A DNA stretch of 63,887 nt, filler included, from Hausera hauseri (taxonomy: Eukaryota): the NCBI GenBank assembly GCA_046269625.1. It is 11 parts of 11 records of this genome, joined end to end, with 100 filler letters (N's around TTAATTAATTAA, not from the genome) between each part and the next. Parts side by side here need not be neighbours in the genome. Positions count along the whole stretch, not along the records: positions 10,672 to 14,754 come from JBJURY010772094.1; positions 14,855 to 18,833 come from JBJURY010843302.1; positions 18,934 to 23,218 come from JBJURY010656997.1; positions 23,319 to 27,712 come from JBJURY010603888.1; 7 more parts are not named here. One strand, given 5' to 3'. The notes beneath the pieces were generated by a model that was not told where the DNA came from, ran no database searches, and saw nothing but the letters and a program-made list of their open reading frames with translations. A program made the translations under genes and the position numbers. Shown piece after piece: positions 12,237 to 25,190 of the stretch (positions are counted from its first letter, which is position 1; every line of letters starts with the position of its first letter).

Positions 12237-14450
12237 ATGTTTGTCCTTTTAATATTTAAAAGTTCGATCCACAAGGATATGAACACTAAAATGGTGGCAG
12301 CGAATACCGCACACATGCCCTGGTCCGTGAATACTGGTCCGGGTATTTCGATAAACACAGCCGCTGAAAACAATCGGGTTCATACTTATAGAAACACCAT
12401 AAAAATTAATCCGGTGAATACACTCATTAGTGCCGTCGAAAACAATCCGGCCACAAATGCTCACATCAGTAAACGTGATGATAACTATACGGCTGTCAAT
12501 CACAAAATCACAACAAGCGATTCTGAACAAGTGATAAAATATCTTAGCACTATTACACGCACTGATATCGTAAAATCGGAATACAAACCCTATTATACTA
12601 GCCGTGCCAACATAGCACACATAACAAGCGAAAATTCGCTACTTAACTATTTATCTAATCGTCAGTCGATTGAACTCGCCAAAATAATTCACTATTGTGA
12701 AACGACACCGGCCGATAGTATGCCAAACGAAGTACAACTCATTGTACAAAATTGGTGTCATACGAAAACTCATCGCTTTTCATCTACTCTAGACATGTCG
12801 GGAATATAGAAGTTTTAAAACAACAATATCCCGAGCATATATTTTCTGATAATGGAAAATTATTGAGTAAGTATAATTGCGTAATTAGTGCAATTTTTAC
12901 ATCAAACAACACTATACTGCCGACTCCCAAAATAAAAGGAGTCGTTGACATACATACGCCTGGAAAAATGCATAAACTGCTTCATCAGCCCCGGCTAAGC
13001 CATCCAAATTAACGTGTCCCACCTTCTTCATAGGTTCGGACGGAACTCCATTGAAGTGGCTCCATGTGTATGAAGCATGGACTACTCAATGCAGCATCAC
13101 CGGCCAACAAAACAAGGCCTTAGATTTGATACAATATCTCCACACAACAACGCTTGCAGCAATAACGGATCTGGACACGTTATTGTCAGACGAAAAACCG
13201 TTTGACAAGATCAAAGCAGCTATGTGCAAAGCATATCTGCCATCCAAACAATACCAATTCAACCTGGTTTTCACCAAGCGACAAAAAAGGAACATGAAAC
13301 CTTCTGATCTGCTCCAAAAATTACGCTCAGAACAACCAGAACATACTACGGAGCTACTTACTCAGTAGTTTGCCTAAGCAAATCCAAGCGACACTTGTAC
13401 TATTACCGTCCGATATTACATTGGACGATATGGCATCAAAAGCCGACAAAATATATGAGTGCACTAAAGGCACAGTAGAATCCGCACTAACGGAAAACAT
13501 CAACTCCGTCACAGCGACCCAGAAAAATCTGCTGGTCACAATTATTCAGGCACTGTAGACACTTGTAACGCATAAGAATCTGACAGCCAGAGACAAACCG
13601 TATTCTCGGTGCCAATCTCCCAAGAGAAAGAGAGGCATCCTCAATATATAAAAATGCAAATATAAAAATGCAAAACACTTGTATTTATCACAATCACTTG
13701 GGTCCAGATGCAAAAATCTGTCGACTTGGCTACAAATTTTACAAGCTATCAAAAAAACTAAATGGACCCAGGTGACGAACGGCAAGTAGACTGGAAACTC
13801 GATCACCACAACTGCCGTATGCAAATATCGAACGCATTGTCGATGCTATTTTCACTCTCGAGGTGGAGCCACTACATTCTAATATCTCGAAACAACTCGA
13901 TTTTGTAATCAACACTGGTGAAGCTTTATCGCTGATACCTAGCGCATACTTTAGACCTACGCTGGTCTCTCATTCATCGCTCAAAGCTGCTAATAGAACT
14001 CGAATAGCATCCACAGTTACAATGTACCTACAATTTTATCTACAAGGCCGACCATACGCTTGGTCATTCACATTGGTTGATGTTATGCAACCAGTCATAG
14101 GTACTGACTTCCTAAGTCACTGCCATCTCACAGTTGATTGCCAAAATCAACAACTCGTCAGCCAGAATAATCCAATACCTCCACTCGCATTCACGCTAAC
14201 CATAAACGTGGTCTCGGGCATAAAAATCGCAAATCCAATTGACATCGCATCATTGCTCCAAACGCAATACCAAAACTTGTTGAAACGCTCAACACAACCA
14301 ACACTGAAAGAGGTGAAAACTTCACACTTTCTCGTCACATGATGTGGTCGACCAATTCGGCAACCCCGGAGGGACCTTGACCCCGTCAAGCGAGCAGCGG
14401 CGGAAGCCGAATTTTGACGCCCCGAAGAAACTGATATAATTGGCCGCTAG
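12237..14450 (+). mobile_element. gag-pol: Degenerate Ty3/Gypsy retrotransposon: N-terminally extended gag, protease, start of pol
   Basis: Gag-like KWLHVYE...KPSDLLQKLR...LPKQIQATL...LDDMASKADKIYE; protease LDFVINTGEALSLIP...PVIGTDFLSH (catalytic D changed to N); stops and frameshifts. Confidence 0.8.
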
Positions 14451-14854
14451 TATGTAGATGTGGGTTCGTGGCCCCAACCCCCCCCCCGAAAGGAAAATTG
14501 ATGTGGTTCGAGGATTAGTTATGGGGTAGAAAAAACGATGCACACACGTACGATTAATAGGACGGAGATGGGAGACACAGTCACAAAGAGGATACACACA
14601 ATCACGGTTACTGCATGGATTCGGGCGGTATAAAGTTTTACTTTGGCGCCAAAAAAAATTCGTTTAAATTTCGCAGTAGAAATTTTTGTTTTAATTTTGA
14701 TTTTGGTGTAATGTGATTGGTCGGTGATTTTGTCAGTGAACAAAGCATTTTCTGNNNNNNNNNNNNNNNNNNNNNNNNNNNNNNNNNNNNNNNNNNNNTT
14801 AATTAATTAANNNNNNNNNNNNNNNNNNNNNNNNNNNNNNNNNNNNNNNNNNNN

Positions 14855-16236
14855 GGCACTGGTTCTCTTTTGGGCATTCTAATCCATTTGTCGTTGTCGA
14901 TCTTAAACATTGGCGACATATTGAAGGTGCAATTGTATAATGGAGTAGGCTTCACGTTAACATTTAATAATATTCTAGTTACTGGCATCGCAAATCTCGG
15001 TTCTGTATGGTAATCCACAGGTAATTCCATTGTACATTTTTCTGTTGGTCTGACTGATACTTCTATCTTCTTACATTCTATTCTTATCAAAACCTTGCCC
15101 ATCACTCTGCCAATAATTCCATCGCCGAAGGGCATTACGGGCGCTACCATGTCCGGATTTGTTATTACCAATGCCATTTAATGCGCATTATTTCATAATT
15201 CATCTTACATTCATTCATTATTATTTCTCTATATAAACCTCTAATTTCTTTCTTTACGCAATTGATTAGAAAATCGATTTTATTTTCAAAATATTGCGTC
15301 AACTTTATGTCTTGTCTATTTTGATTTTCGCACCGGATATTTCTTTTCTGGATAAGAAAATACACTTGTAATTGGTTTTTGATATTTCTTCGCCACATTC
15401 AATTGCCACTCCCGTGATTTTGAATCGCGCCATTTCTTCCGGATTTTCCTAATATATAATTGTAGATACTTCTGTCATCTTGACTTCCTTTGTTCCTTCT
15501 TTATATGTGGCTGTTTTTTTCCCTCCGTTTTCCCTACCGTTTTATAAAATTTTCCTTCTTTCAACAGCGTTAACTGACATTTACTTGCCGAGGTTTCCCA
15601 TGTCATTTTTAATTCTGCAGTATCATATTCGCCATTATCATACTCAAACTCACTCATAATCGTCATTAATTTTGTCTGTGAGTCGAATAACACTTCATAT
15701 TCTTTCAACTGGATCTGATAATTTTCGATGACTACCGTTCTAGGCGCACATCATAATCCACTCCTTTACAAGTACCTTCCATTGTTTTATCTATTCTTCC
15801 TGCCCTGAATATTCTGGTATATTTTATCCGATTTGGAACTGCCGGTATATGCGCGTTTTGTATAGTTATGATACCAATATTAAAAGCATCTTGACATTCC
15901 GCTCGCAATATAATGATTGGTTCGAACGGTGTCGTGGGCTTAATTACGGCTGAATTTCCAGAATAATAGGCACAATTTAACAGAAAAAAATGATCTTTTT
16001 ACGTAACATTCCCTGATTTTTGCTTTTATGAATTCGGATTCTTGATATACCCAGTATGTAAGACCACTTGCCGTTGTTAACTGTTCTGGGTCACCTTCTG
16101 GGCATTTCTCCAAATCCACTAGATAGTACTTCTGACCTTCACTAGGTTTAGAACGATCATAAGCTACTATACCTACAGCTTTCGGCATTAACAATGACAT
16201 TATTAGGAGAATTTGAATAATCTCCATCATTGACAT
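14855..16236 (-). pseudogene. env: Chuvirus-like (class III-type) envelope glycoprotein, N-terminal two thirds, frameshifted
   Basis: Hydrophobic signal peptide MEIIQILLIMSLLMPKAVG then IVAYD(R). Later motifs CxVKRS, C-x-L, KIDF, C..NYEI, GRVMGKVL..C, C..ELPV, PVTRIL, C...MSPMF, WI. Closely parallels 23319-24800. Confidence 0.85.
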
Positions 16237-16239
16237 ACC

Positions 16240-17890
16240 TGTTATGTCTGGTCTAGAGGTGTTTGGTTAAGTCGTGTTTGGCGTATCTATTAATCTTTCT
16301 CGTTCCCCTGACCTTACTATATTGGTCATCAGACTGGTCAGTCAACCACCTCTACACTGAGTCCAACTTCCTAACGTATCTTTTAAGATCTTCACGACTG
16401 TCCTTATATTCCGCTCAATTTCTTCTAGATTTTGAGTCTGATGATTAATTACTATTATTTTATATAGAACATATAATATAGCCATTCGAGCTTTCTCTCA
16501 TGTAATTCCAGTTACAAACATTTTTTTCTAAAATATTCAGCTCATGTAGTTCATTTATCCGTTCTTCATCTAAGTTCTCACAGAATTGTCTATTTATTCG
16601 TAGCATATTATTATGTAACGTTGTGAACGGTTTGTCTGGGATTATTGCCTGCATGTCAAATGAAGCAAATGACGTATACAGCCTAGCCAATAACGTTCTT
16701 AGTAATGGACCTATGTCCACCGATTCGGGAGTACCATTTGTTCCTGCTAGTAATAAACGTCTTACTGTTTCTTCATTCCTATTTTTTCTGTTACGAATGT
16801 CACTTATTTTTGTCCCTTTCGGCCTACCTCTTCTCTTGGCTTCCGTTTGAACCGTGACATTTAGTGCATCACCCACAGGGATTTCTTCTACTCCGTGTGG
16901 TTCCATTTCCCTTAGGATATTCTTTACTGTTGTCTGTGCTCTTGCTTCTGGATGTATTTCTGTTATCGTTATAGGATTGTAGTTCTCACTTCTACATCCA
17001 ATTCTCAATAATTTATCGTAATTATATAACATCCTTCCATAATAATTTAATCCATAAGGGCTCCCTTGATAAAAAGGTTTCAGCTCCTCAATCTTTTCTC
17101 TTAATATTTGTATATCATCTGCTTCGTTTATCCTAATGACTCTCATATCTTGGTTTTCTTTCTTTATTGTTATACGTATGACTTCATTTCTTCCTTTCTC
17201 GTCTTCGGCAGCTTTGGCCAACACTGTCCTGGCTATTTCTCTTACAGGACTCTTATCTTGGGCTAATAGTACCAACTGAGGTAAGATCTCATTCATCCTT
17301 TCCACCGTTACTTTATTGGTAAGTATCTTCAATATTGTGGTAGTCGTTTTATCCACATCGATTATATTATCAAGATCGACAGTCATTACTGAGTGAATGA
17401 TATCTTCCTCTTCGCCTAAATCTACGCCTGGGTTCTTTATTACCTGGTCTAATATAACGTCATCAAATATTGGCGTAGCTTAAGTTTCTTCTGGACTAAA
17501 TGAGGGTGTACTGAGGTTACTCTTCTTTCTTCCTCTTTTCTTTTCCTTTACTACCTCTTCCCTCTCTGTTGATGTTTCTCTTGATTCAACCTCTATGTCA
17601 ACTATTTTCTTATTGCCTTTCTTTCTTCTTTTATGAGATACTTGTTTCTCTTGTTGATTTTCTATTATATAAATGCTACTTTCTTTCAATCTTTGCTGCT
17701 ACCTTTTATACTCCTTTAGTTCTATTTCTAATTGCTTCTTCGTGCGTTGTGATAATGTATCGTTGCTATAATTGACACTTTCTTTCTTTTTGTCTTTTTT
17801 CTTAATTTCTTTTTCACTAACACTATCATTTATTTCGTATTCCTTATCGGAGGATTTATCTGACGTGGCCAGTGTATAATCTTTCGTTTG
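16240..17890 (-). pseudogene. Unknown extension 'X' between gag and env (K/E-rich linker plus a helical domain with an RRGRPKG motif)
   Basis: ORFs 17480-17689 and 16460-17386 are in the same frame as the gag zinc-knuckle ORF, separated only by single stop codons. Homologous to about 28830-30060. Confidence 0.7.
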
Positions 17891-18833
17891 TTATTTCTTC
17901 TTATTACTTGATTTCGAGGAATTTCCTATACGTGATCTACATGACTTGGCTATATGCCCATATTTATTACAATTAAAACATTTCAGTTTTCCTTCGGAAT
18001 CTATGTTAGGTAATGATCTTCCATGCTTCTTAGATTTCTTCTTATAACTTACCTTTTCCCCATCATTCCGTAAATTAAATCTTACTTTCTTTTCCACATT
18101 TGACTCAGCTTCCGTGGCTGACGTTTGTGAAGGGCTTCTGTTTCGTTCATATCGTTGATACCGTTGAGTACTATTGTTTCTTATTTTATCGTAACCATTG
18201 TTATTACTTTTAGACTTGTTCCACCTATACAGTTCCGCATTTAGTTCGGCTTTTCGCGCCTTTTTTATTGCTTCTTGGAACGTAGGTGGGTCTGCTTGTG
18301 AGATTATCATCCTTAATCATTCTTCTAATCCGTATTGAAATTGGGCCAACAAGGCGTTATTCCTTATCGTAACGTCCGGATATGCTCTTCATGCAAGTTT
18401 TCCAATGCGCATACAAAGTCCTGGATTGTTTCGTCTTTACGTTGGCTCCTGCTTCTGAAATCTCCAACTCTTCCCAGAGGGATCTATTAAAAACTTTTGA
18501 GGCAGTCTTTCTTTAATTACTTTCCAGTCCTTCTTGTCTTCATCCGGCATCTGGAAATAAATCATAAGAGCCGTCCCTTTGAGATGAAGGGGTAATCTTT
18601 CTACTCTTTGTTTGTCGTCCCAGACGAAACTTTTGGAATATACTTCATATTCCATCATGAAATCCTGTATATCTTCTTTGCCCGAAAATTTTTTCATCGG
18701 TAAGGTGAAATCAGCTTTCGACTGAATTACCTGCTCTACGTTATGGTTAGCCATTAGTTCGTCCTCACTTAGATTTCTTAAATACTCTAGTCCGAATGGT
18801 TCCTTTTCCTCTGGGTAATAAATTGTTCCTTTC
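17891..18833 (-). pseudogene. gag: Retrotransposon Gag (capsid region and CCHC zinc knuckle)
   Basis: KKFSGKEDIQDFMMEYE...WDDKQR...LPLHLKGTALMIY (retrotransposon gag); PPTFQEAIKKARKAE; KCFNCNKYGHIAKSC (CX2CX4HX4C). Confidence 0.92.
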
Positions 18834-19987
18834 NNNNNNNNNNNNNNNNNNNNNNNNNNNNNNNNNNNNNNNNNNNNTTAATTAATTAANNNNNNNNNNN
18901 NNNNNNNNNNNNNNNNNNNNNNNNNNNNNNNNNTCTCCTATATCCTTCCTTCTAGCATGCCCAACACTTTAATCCACTATTTGGTGGTCTAGTTGGCTTC
19001 ATGTTGTCGGCGCATCCGCGCCATATAGTACGCCTGCTTGTGTGTATCGCTTTACAAAGTCAATATTTACTATTTTCACCTATTAATCATGCATATGTGT
19101 ATCGTTTTGGCTTACCCACAACCCATCTATGAACCACATCGATTTTAGTCAGTAGGAGGAAAATGTAAGGAATCGGCATTTCCACCAATCAGGTTTCGTA
19201 ATACATTTAAACTAAACAAATTTGGGGAGTGTGACCAAATGGGTATTTCCCCAATAATTTTCCGTATGAAATGTGTTATATATTGGGGTGGCCCTTATTC
19301 AACTCCCGCTATATAACAATAGTTACTCTTGAAATTTCAAAATGTTATGCAGGTCGGTCTATCGTAATCGAATAGACAGAATGTACCTTAACGATTTTAA
19401 ATTGCTATGCAGGTAAATTGCTTGCGGTCCTGTGCCGATAATTATCAAGGCTCTCTCAGCTATATAAATTAAGTATTAGTTTAACCTTAATGACGTCAAA
19501 TCACCCTTAATGGGGTGATGGAAATTATATGCAGTTTAGAAGAAAATTTACCAAAAACACGAACACAATTTTCGATAATTAACTGAATCAACAACAAAAG
19601 AATAGTCAGTAAGTAGTTCTCGATCGAATCTGTCGTTACTGAATTTAATTCAGAAATTCGCAAATTCTCAACTTCTCTGGTCAACACTGTCCCTTTCATT
19701 CAGTCTTCTCTCTTTATATAGTTTAGGTCGCCATAATTTATTAATTTGACATTCTATTATTTTCTTTGTTCCATGCATTATTTAGAATTAATTTTCATGC
19801 TCAACTATATACAATTCATTTTTTTCTACGGCTATTTTATAATAATACATTTCTAACTCGTCTATTTTCATTAATAATATATGGCTTGATTCTGTAACGC
19901 AGCCTAACTACAGTAATATTATACATAATGTATTCCAATTCTAATTAATTATTCACAGCGTTGATGATTGCTTTTGTTTGCTACTAT

Positions 19988-20510
19988 TCATAACATTTCT
20001 CTTCCCTGAGCGGCATCCTCGGATGTGCCCATTGCGTCAGGAGAGGTGCCGTGGGAACGAGGCCGTCGTAACATTTCCATACGTCTTTTTAGACTGGGGC
20101 CGGAACTGGTTCTAGGCTGGTCTTCTCTGGGATTCATTTCCAGTTCATAACTATGGTAGGGTTTTATCCTCACTATTCTAGTATAGCTACTGTTTGAGTA
20201 ATACTTCAAGTCAGCAGCCTGAGCTCTGCATACTGCAAATGTGGTTTTTCCATTATCCAACGTCCATTTCTCTAATCAGTCTGCATTATTTGTGTCGACA
20301 ATCAGGGTTATTCAGTACTACATGTCCTTGTTTCAGGTTGGCCTCACACATGGGGCATTCATTTTCTTCTCTTTTCCAATTTTCATCGTCCAAGTCAACT
20401 CTTAGCATAATCTCAATCGGCTGTATTATCAATCCTTCATCATCTTGGTACAAATAAGCATATATTCTCTTCTTCGGATTTATGGAACTTTTCTTGGGAT
20501 CACATCCCAC
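19988..20510 (-). pseudogene. RING-finger domain at the end of a decayed accessory polyprotein
   Basis: ECPMCEANLKQGHVVLNNPDCRHK*C...NGKTTFAVCRAQ gives RING-type Cys/His spacing, partly eroded. Confidence 0.55.
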
Positions 20511-21383
20511 AGGTATTAGAGTCTAATCGCTGATAGTGTCTCGATCTAAATCGGGAACTTCACCAGTCGATTGGTATTTTTTATATTGCTTCATTAATAA
20601 CAACTTTATTGATTTATCCACGGGGACCAAAAGTTTCCCGTTCCGTCTGGACTGAAATATCGGGGCAACGTATTTTCCGATCATAGGATTTTCCCAGACA
20701 TGCGTGTTCTCATAAACTTGTCTGGCAGGCATTAATTTGACGAAAAACATCGCCTCTTTAATCTTTTGTTTGCTATAATATTCGGTTGCTATTAACATCC
20801 TGGGATAATCTGCCGTAGTGGCGTAGTGTATATCTTCCGTAGAGTTCTTTTTCCGTAATACGTTTATTTCTGTTATCTGCTCTTTCTGTTTGCTCAGTAT
20901 CGTCATGGACATCTAGGATCGGAACTGTAGGTTTGTTCTTGATGCTTCTGCTGGTTTTCTTGGATTATCTTGTTTTAGTTTTAAATTCTTGTCATCTTTT
21001 AATCTCTTTTCACCTTCTTTACTTTTTTCTTAAAGAAATAATCGAGGAAAGAGGTTTTCCTTTTTTGTCTTCCCAGTTTCGATCTCTGAAATCCTATCCT
21101 TTCCTTTCAGATGTCTCCGACGAATTTGGGGTATTTTAAACAGATTTTCGGTTGTTGTGACGCCATAACTTGTACTTGGTCTCTCATCCGACTGTATTTT
21201 GCCTTCTGTCTTCTCCGTTTTCAACCCTTTTATAGTTATTTGATAATTCCATTTTGGCGTGATTTCGACATTCCTGGGTGGAGAGTATGGGCGGAAATGT
21301 TTTCGGTATCGTGTGCTGAGTCCTTCGGGCTTGGGGAAATTCCGTAGATTTTGTCCGGGGTTGCTGGGAATCCATTCATGTTC

Positions 21384-21880
21384 TCACTTCAATCCATCAT
21401 TTATATCCCTTAGATATTGGGATCGTTGACTAGCGGACAACAGTCGGCTTATTTTTATATTTCCTCCAGTCATGGCCTCTACCATTAACTTGAATCGACC
21501 TTCCACGGTCGGTGGTAGATGACCCTTCTTCTCTTTGACCTTAATTCCCATTTGTCCCATAACAGTTGGGTGTATTTCTATCTTAGTCCAGCTGTGTGTG
21601 TTACCGGTATATCTAATTTTTTTATCATCCTCTGTCTGATACCCCACTAAGATGTATCCGTAGAGGCATTGTGCTACTTCCTGTTTCACTAACTTGGAAT
21701 CCTTCCCATGATTTAATTGTTCCCTTTTAATCCCGGTAACTTCTGCATAAGTTTCTAGTACTTTCTTTCTCGGGTTAATTATTTTCGAATAGACTTCGGT
21801 CCCGTTTTCTTCTCGGATGGATATTTCGATTGGGATATAATTTCCCTCCATAGTTTATTGCGACAATCCTGAGATTCCTA
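21384..21880 (-). pseudogene. DEDDh 3'-5' exonuclease-like domain (REX4/ISG20-like), degenerate
   Basis: RIVAIN.../EISIREENGTEVYSKIINPRKKVLETYAEVTGIKREQLNHGKDSKLVKQEVAQCLYGYILVGYQTEDD follows the REX4 pattern (VAxD..RVSIVxxxGxxVYDxxVxP....xSGI...L......VxxEVxxxLxGxILVGH...D). Catalytic residues appear altered. Confidence 0.7.
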
Positions 21881-22586
21881 TCATCGGTTACCAATCTAAA
21901 CGAATGTAGATGTGCGTCCTGTTCTTTTTCAGTGGGTCTTTGCCTAAACTCTAAGGGCGGAAATGAGATGGGTATTGTCTCCTCTTCAGTTATTTCGACC
22001 ATCATTTTTACAGGTAAGGCGGCTACACGAAATTCCAGCTCGTAGTTATGGAAATTCCTACTGTCAAATACAAACGTGCTAAACCGGCTTTGCTTTCCTT
22101 GGAAAGAATCCCATTTTTGATCTTTCAGCCGATAGTAGATCTCGTCGGCCAAGTGTACATATATCTTCTGTTCCTTGTCCGTTTGGTGCTGGGTGATCTG
22201 TTTCAAAGGGTATGTTCTGGCATCCTTATTCTCTCTCCAGGCATATAAATATATATCTCTGGCCTCTTCAGTCGTTCCTTTCAAACTGTTCGGTATCGTT
22301 AATTTTTCCGTATTGAACGAAGTTCTTTCTTTGTAATTCTGTATTGATTTGCCTATAGATGGCCTTTGAATTCGGGACCCGTACGGTCACATTGCTGCAA
22401 AAATCCGTCGATACTAAGTCGACTCGTAGTTCCCTCGGTGTCGATTCTAAGTCGGCTCGGGTTCATCTGGGTTTGATTACTTACCAATCTGAAAAAGAAA
22501 ATATAAAGGTTAATCTTAAAACAAAGGATGGTCTTAAACCCAAACCAATTCTTTGTGTGGTGACAGAATAACCTGATCTGTAATTG

Positions 22587-23218
22587 TCAGGTTATTTTAT
22601 CATAGGGGTCTATAGGGTCCTCCAATTCCCTTAGTTTCCATTCTGAATTTTTGTGACGCTTAGAATAACAGTTTTTGGCGACTAATCGAAAAATAGCGAT
22701 TGACATAATGAGAACAAACGTTGACAGTACTGCAATAGATATAATCGGTAGGGCAGTTAATCCTGGTGGTGCTCGAGTAGTTACAGGCGTTGTAGTTTCG
22801 TCGTCTATATTTTCAGGTGTATGCGACTCTGCGTGAGTTTCGTCTAGGGTATGCAATGTAATTGTTTGGGTTTGTTTATTCTTTGCATGCACTTGTATTA
22901 TCTATTCGGATTGCGGTTTTAGCAAGTTGCACTCTATTTGATAATTATTCTTAAATAATGTTACAATTTGATTATTATATATTGTCCGACAGCTTATGTG
23001 TATATCATAATTTTGTTTCCTTTCCACAAAGAACACGATTTTATACTGATGAGCCGAAAAACTGATAGGTATACTCTCCAATTCTGTTTTAGGTATGTCG
23101 TTTATAGTGACAGTTGGACTAATCTTTTTGGTCGTGGTTTCCACTAAAATTTTCCAAATTCTATTTTCTGGATAGTAAGTTCGTAATTGTATACTTGGTT
23201 GATTAGGCCGTACCTCGT
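22587..23218 (-). pseudogene. C-terminal part of a type I membrane protein (beta-rich ectodomain, Thr-rich stalk, TM, short tail)
   Basis: ETTTPVTTRAPP, then LPIISIAVLSTFVLIMSIAIF, then basic RLVAKN. ORFs 22902-23144 and 22587-22892 share a frame. Confidence 0.65.
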
Positions 23219-23318
23219 NNNNNNNNNNNNNNNNNNNNNNNNNNNNNNNNNNNNNNNNNNNNTTAATTAATTAANNNNNNNNNNNNNNNNNNNNNNNNNN
23301 NNNNNNNNNNNNNNNNNN

Positions 23319-25190
23319 TCGAATAACTATACAAAACGCGCAGATACCAGCAGTACGAAGCAAAATAAAATATTCTCGAATCTTTCGAGCCGGAAGAATA
23401 GATAAAACGATGGAACGTATCTGTAAAGGAGCGGATTATGACGTGGGAGGTACGATCGCGCCAAGAACAGTTGCCGTCGAAGATTATCAAGTTCAATTGA
23501 AAGAAGATGAAGGACTATTTGACTAGCAAACCAGGCTCATGACTAATTTGCAAATATTATAATGGGGAATGTGATATTGAAGAATCTAAAATGACTTGGG
23601 AAGTTGGTGCGAATCGGTGCAACCTTACAATACTAAAGGAAGGGAAATTCAATAAGACGGTAGGAAAAACAGCCGAATGAGAATTGATAACATATAAAGA
23701 AGGAATTAACGAAGTAAAGATGATAGAAGTAGCAACGGTAGTATATTCAGAAAAACCCGAAGAAATGATGCGATTTAAAATCGTGGGAACGAGTAATAAG
23801 TGTGATGAAGAGATGTTTAAAAACAATTATAAAGGCATATATCTCTCCACTGAAGAAGTAGCTCAAGCCAAAATAAAAATAGATAAGAAGGATATAAAGT
23901 TGACGCAATACTTTGATAATAAAATCGATTTTGTAATCAACTACGTCAGGAAAGAGATCAGAAGTCTATATAGGGAAATTATACTGAACGAATGCAAACT
24001 GAATTATGAAATAATACGGAATAAGATGGCGTTAGTAATAACCATTCCCGACATGGTAGATCCGGTGATGCAATTTGGCTATGGGGTGATTGGAAGAGTA
24101 ATTGGAGAAGTATTGATAATTATTGGGTGCAAAAAGGTAGAAGTAGCGATTAGATCTACGGAGGAATGTACTTTCCAAATACAGGTAGTTTACAATATGG
24201 AGCTTAGGTACGTGGTGCCGGTAACAAGAATATTACTAGACGCTAATACAAGACCAACCCAACTGGATAATTGTACTTTCAATATGTCACCGATGTATGA
24301 GTTGGACGATAAATGGATTAGAATGCCGAAAAGAGAACCGGTAACAAAACCAGAAACGTTAAGTCTAATTAATTTACAAAATCAGAAATTTGAACCACTT
24401 ACCGGCATATCACAAAGAGGAATTTATACACAGCAGAATTTAGAAGACTACAGACGAATGTTACTGTTTCCCCAGCAGAGACAACGAGTAATAACGGAGT
24501 TAACAAGAAGAGTGATGTGGAACGGAGAAGGTTCACCACAATGGGAAAATTTAATGGGAAGAGATTATTTGAAGAAAGTCACCAGAAATGTTATGAAAAA
24601 GATGTGGGGAAAATTCCTGTATTTTGGTCAGGCTGCTTCAGGATTTTTAGCAATATATTTCATCATTAGTGCCTTACGAACGATATTCACTGCACTTGAT
24701 AAAGCTTACGGAATACATGCAGCAGTAGGATGCTCATGGGAAATCCTTATAGTGGTAATATCAGCAGTTGCTAGTTGTTTCCTAGCAAACCATGACGCAA
24801 GATGGAAAAGGAAAATACTTAAAGAAAGAAAAAACGATATCGAGAAGAATTCGCCATATGGTACTTTAAATGGTAAAAATAACGATGACGAAAATGATTC
24901 AAATATCAAATTTAAAAGTGGTAGATATCTAACAGGATTTAGACGATTTTCATTAAAATCACGAAGACAGAAGTATAAACGAAAACTGGTTACTGATTTA
25001 CCTCAGTTAGATTCTGCAGACGAATATCACGGACAAATATATAACAAACAAATGTTAAGTCCATTAGCTCCTCAATATATGAAACATAGAGGAATGTATT
25101 CCACGTATCAGGTATTGCGCCTAAAACAGGATTACGAAGAAAATCCGGCATCATATAGTCGTGAACCTACGTGCAAAATGAGTGATAAGA
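23319..25190 (+). CDS. env: Chuvirus-like fusion glycoprotein (env) with C-terminal hydrophobic segments and tail, continuing in frame into the protease
   Basis: 548-aa ORF 23684-25330: CxLTILKEG (just upstream), KIDFV, C..NYEI, GRVIGEVL..GC, C...VPVTRIL, C..NMSPMY, GIYTQQNLEDYRRMLLFP, WGKFLYFGQAASGFLAIYFI, YGIHAAVGCSWEIL. This pattern is typical of chuvirus-like G proteins. Confidence 0.88.

Noticed and set aside
18934-19950. LTR and primer-binding site for the accessory cassette
   Set aside because: A TATA-like motif and TGGCGACC are present, but there is no second copy or clear TG...CA boundary in the window
19988-21880. Arenavirus origin (NP exonuclease plus Z RING)
   Set aside because: The exonuclease pattern looks like cellular REX4/ISG20, and no NP core or L-protein motifs are visible
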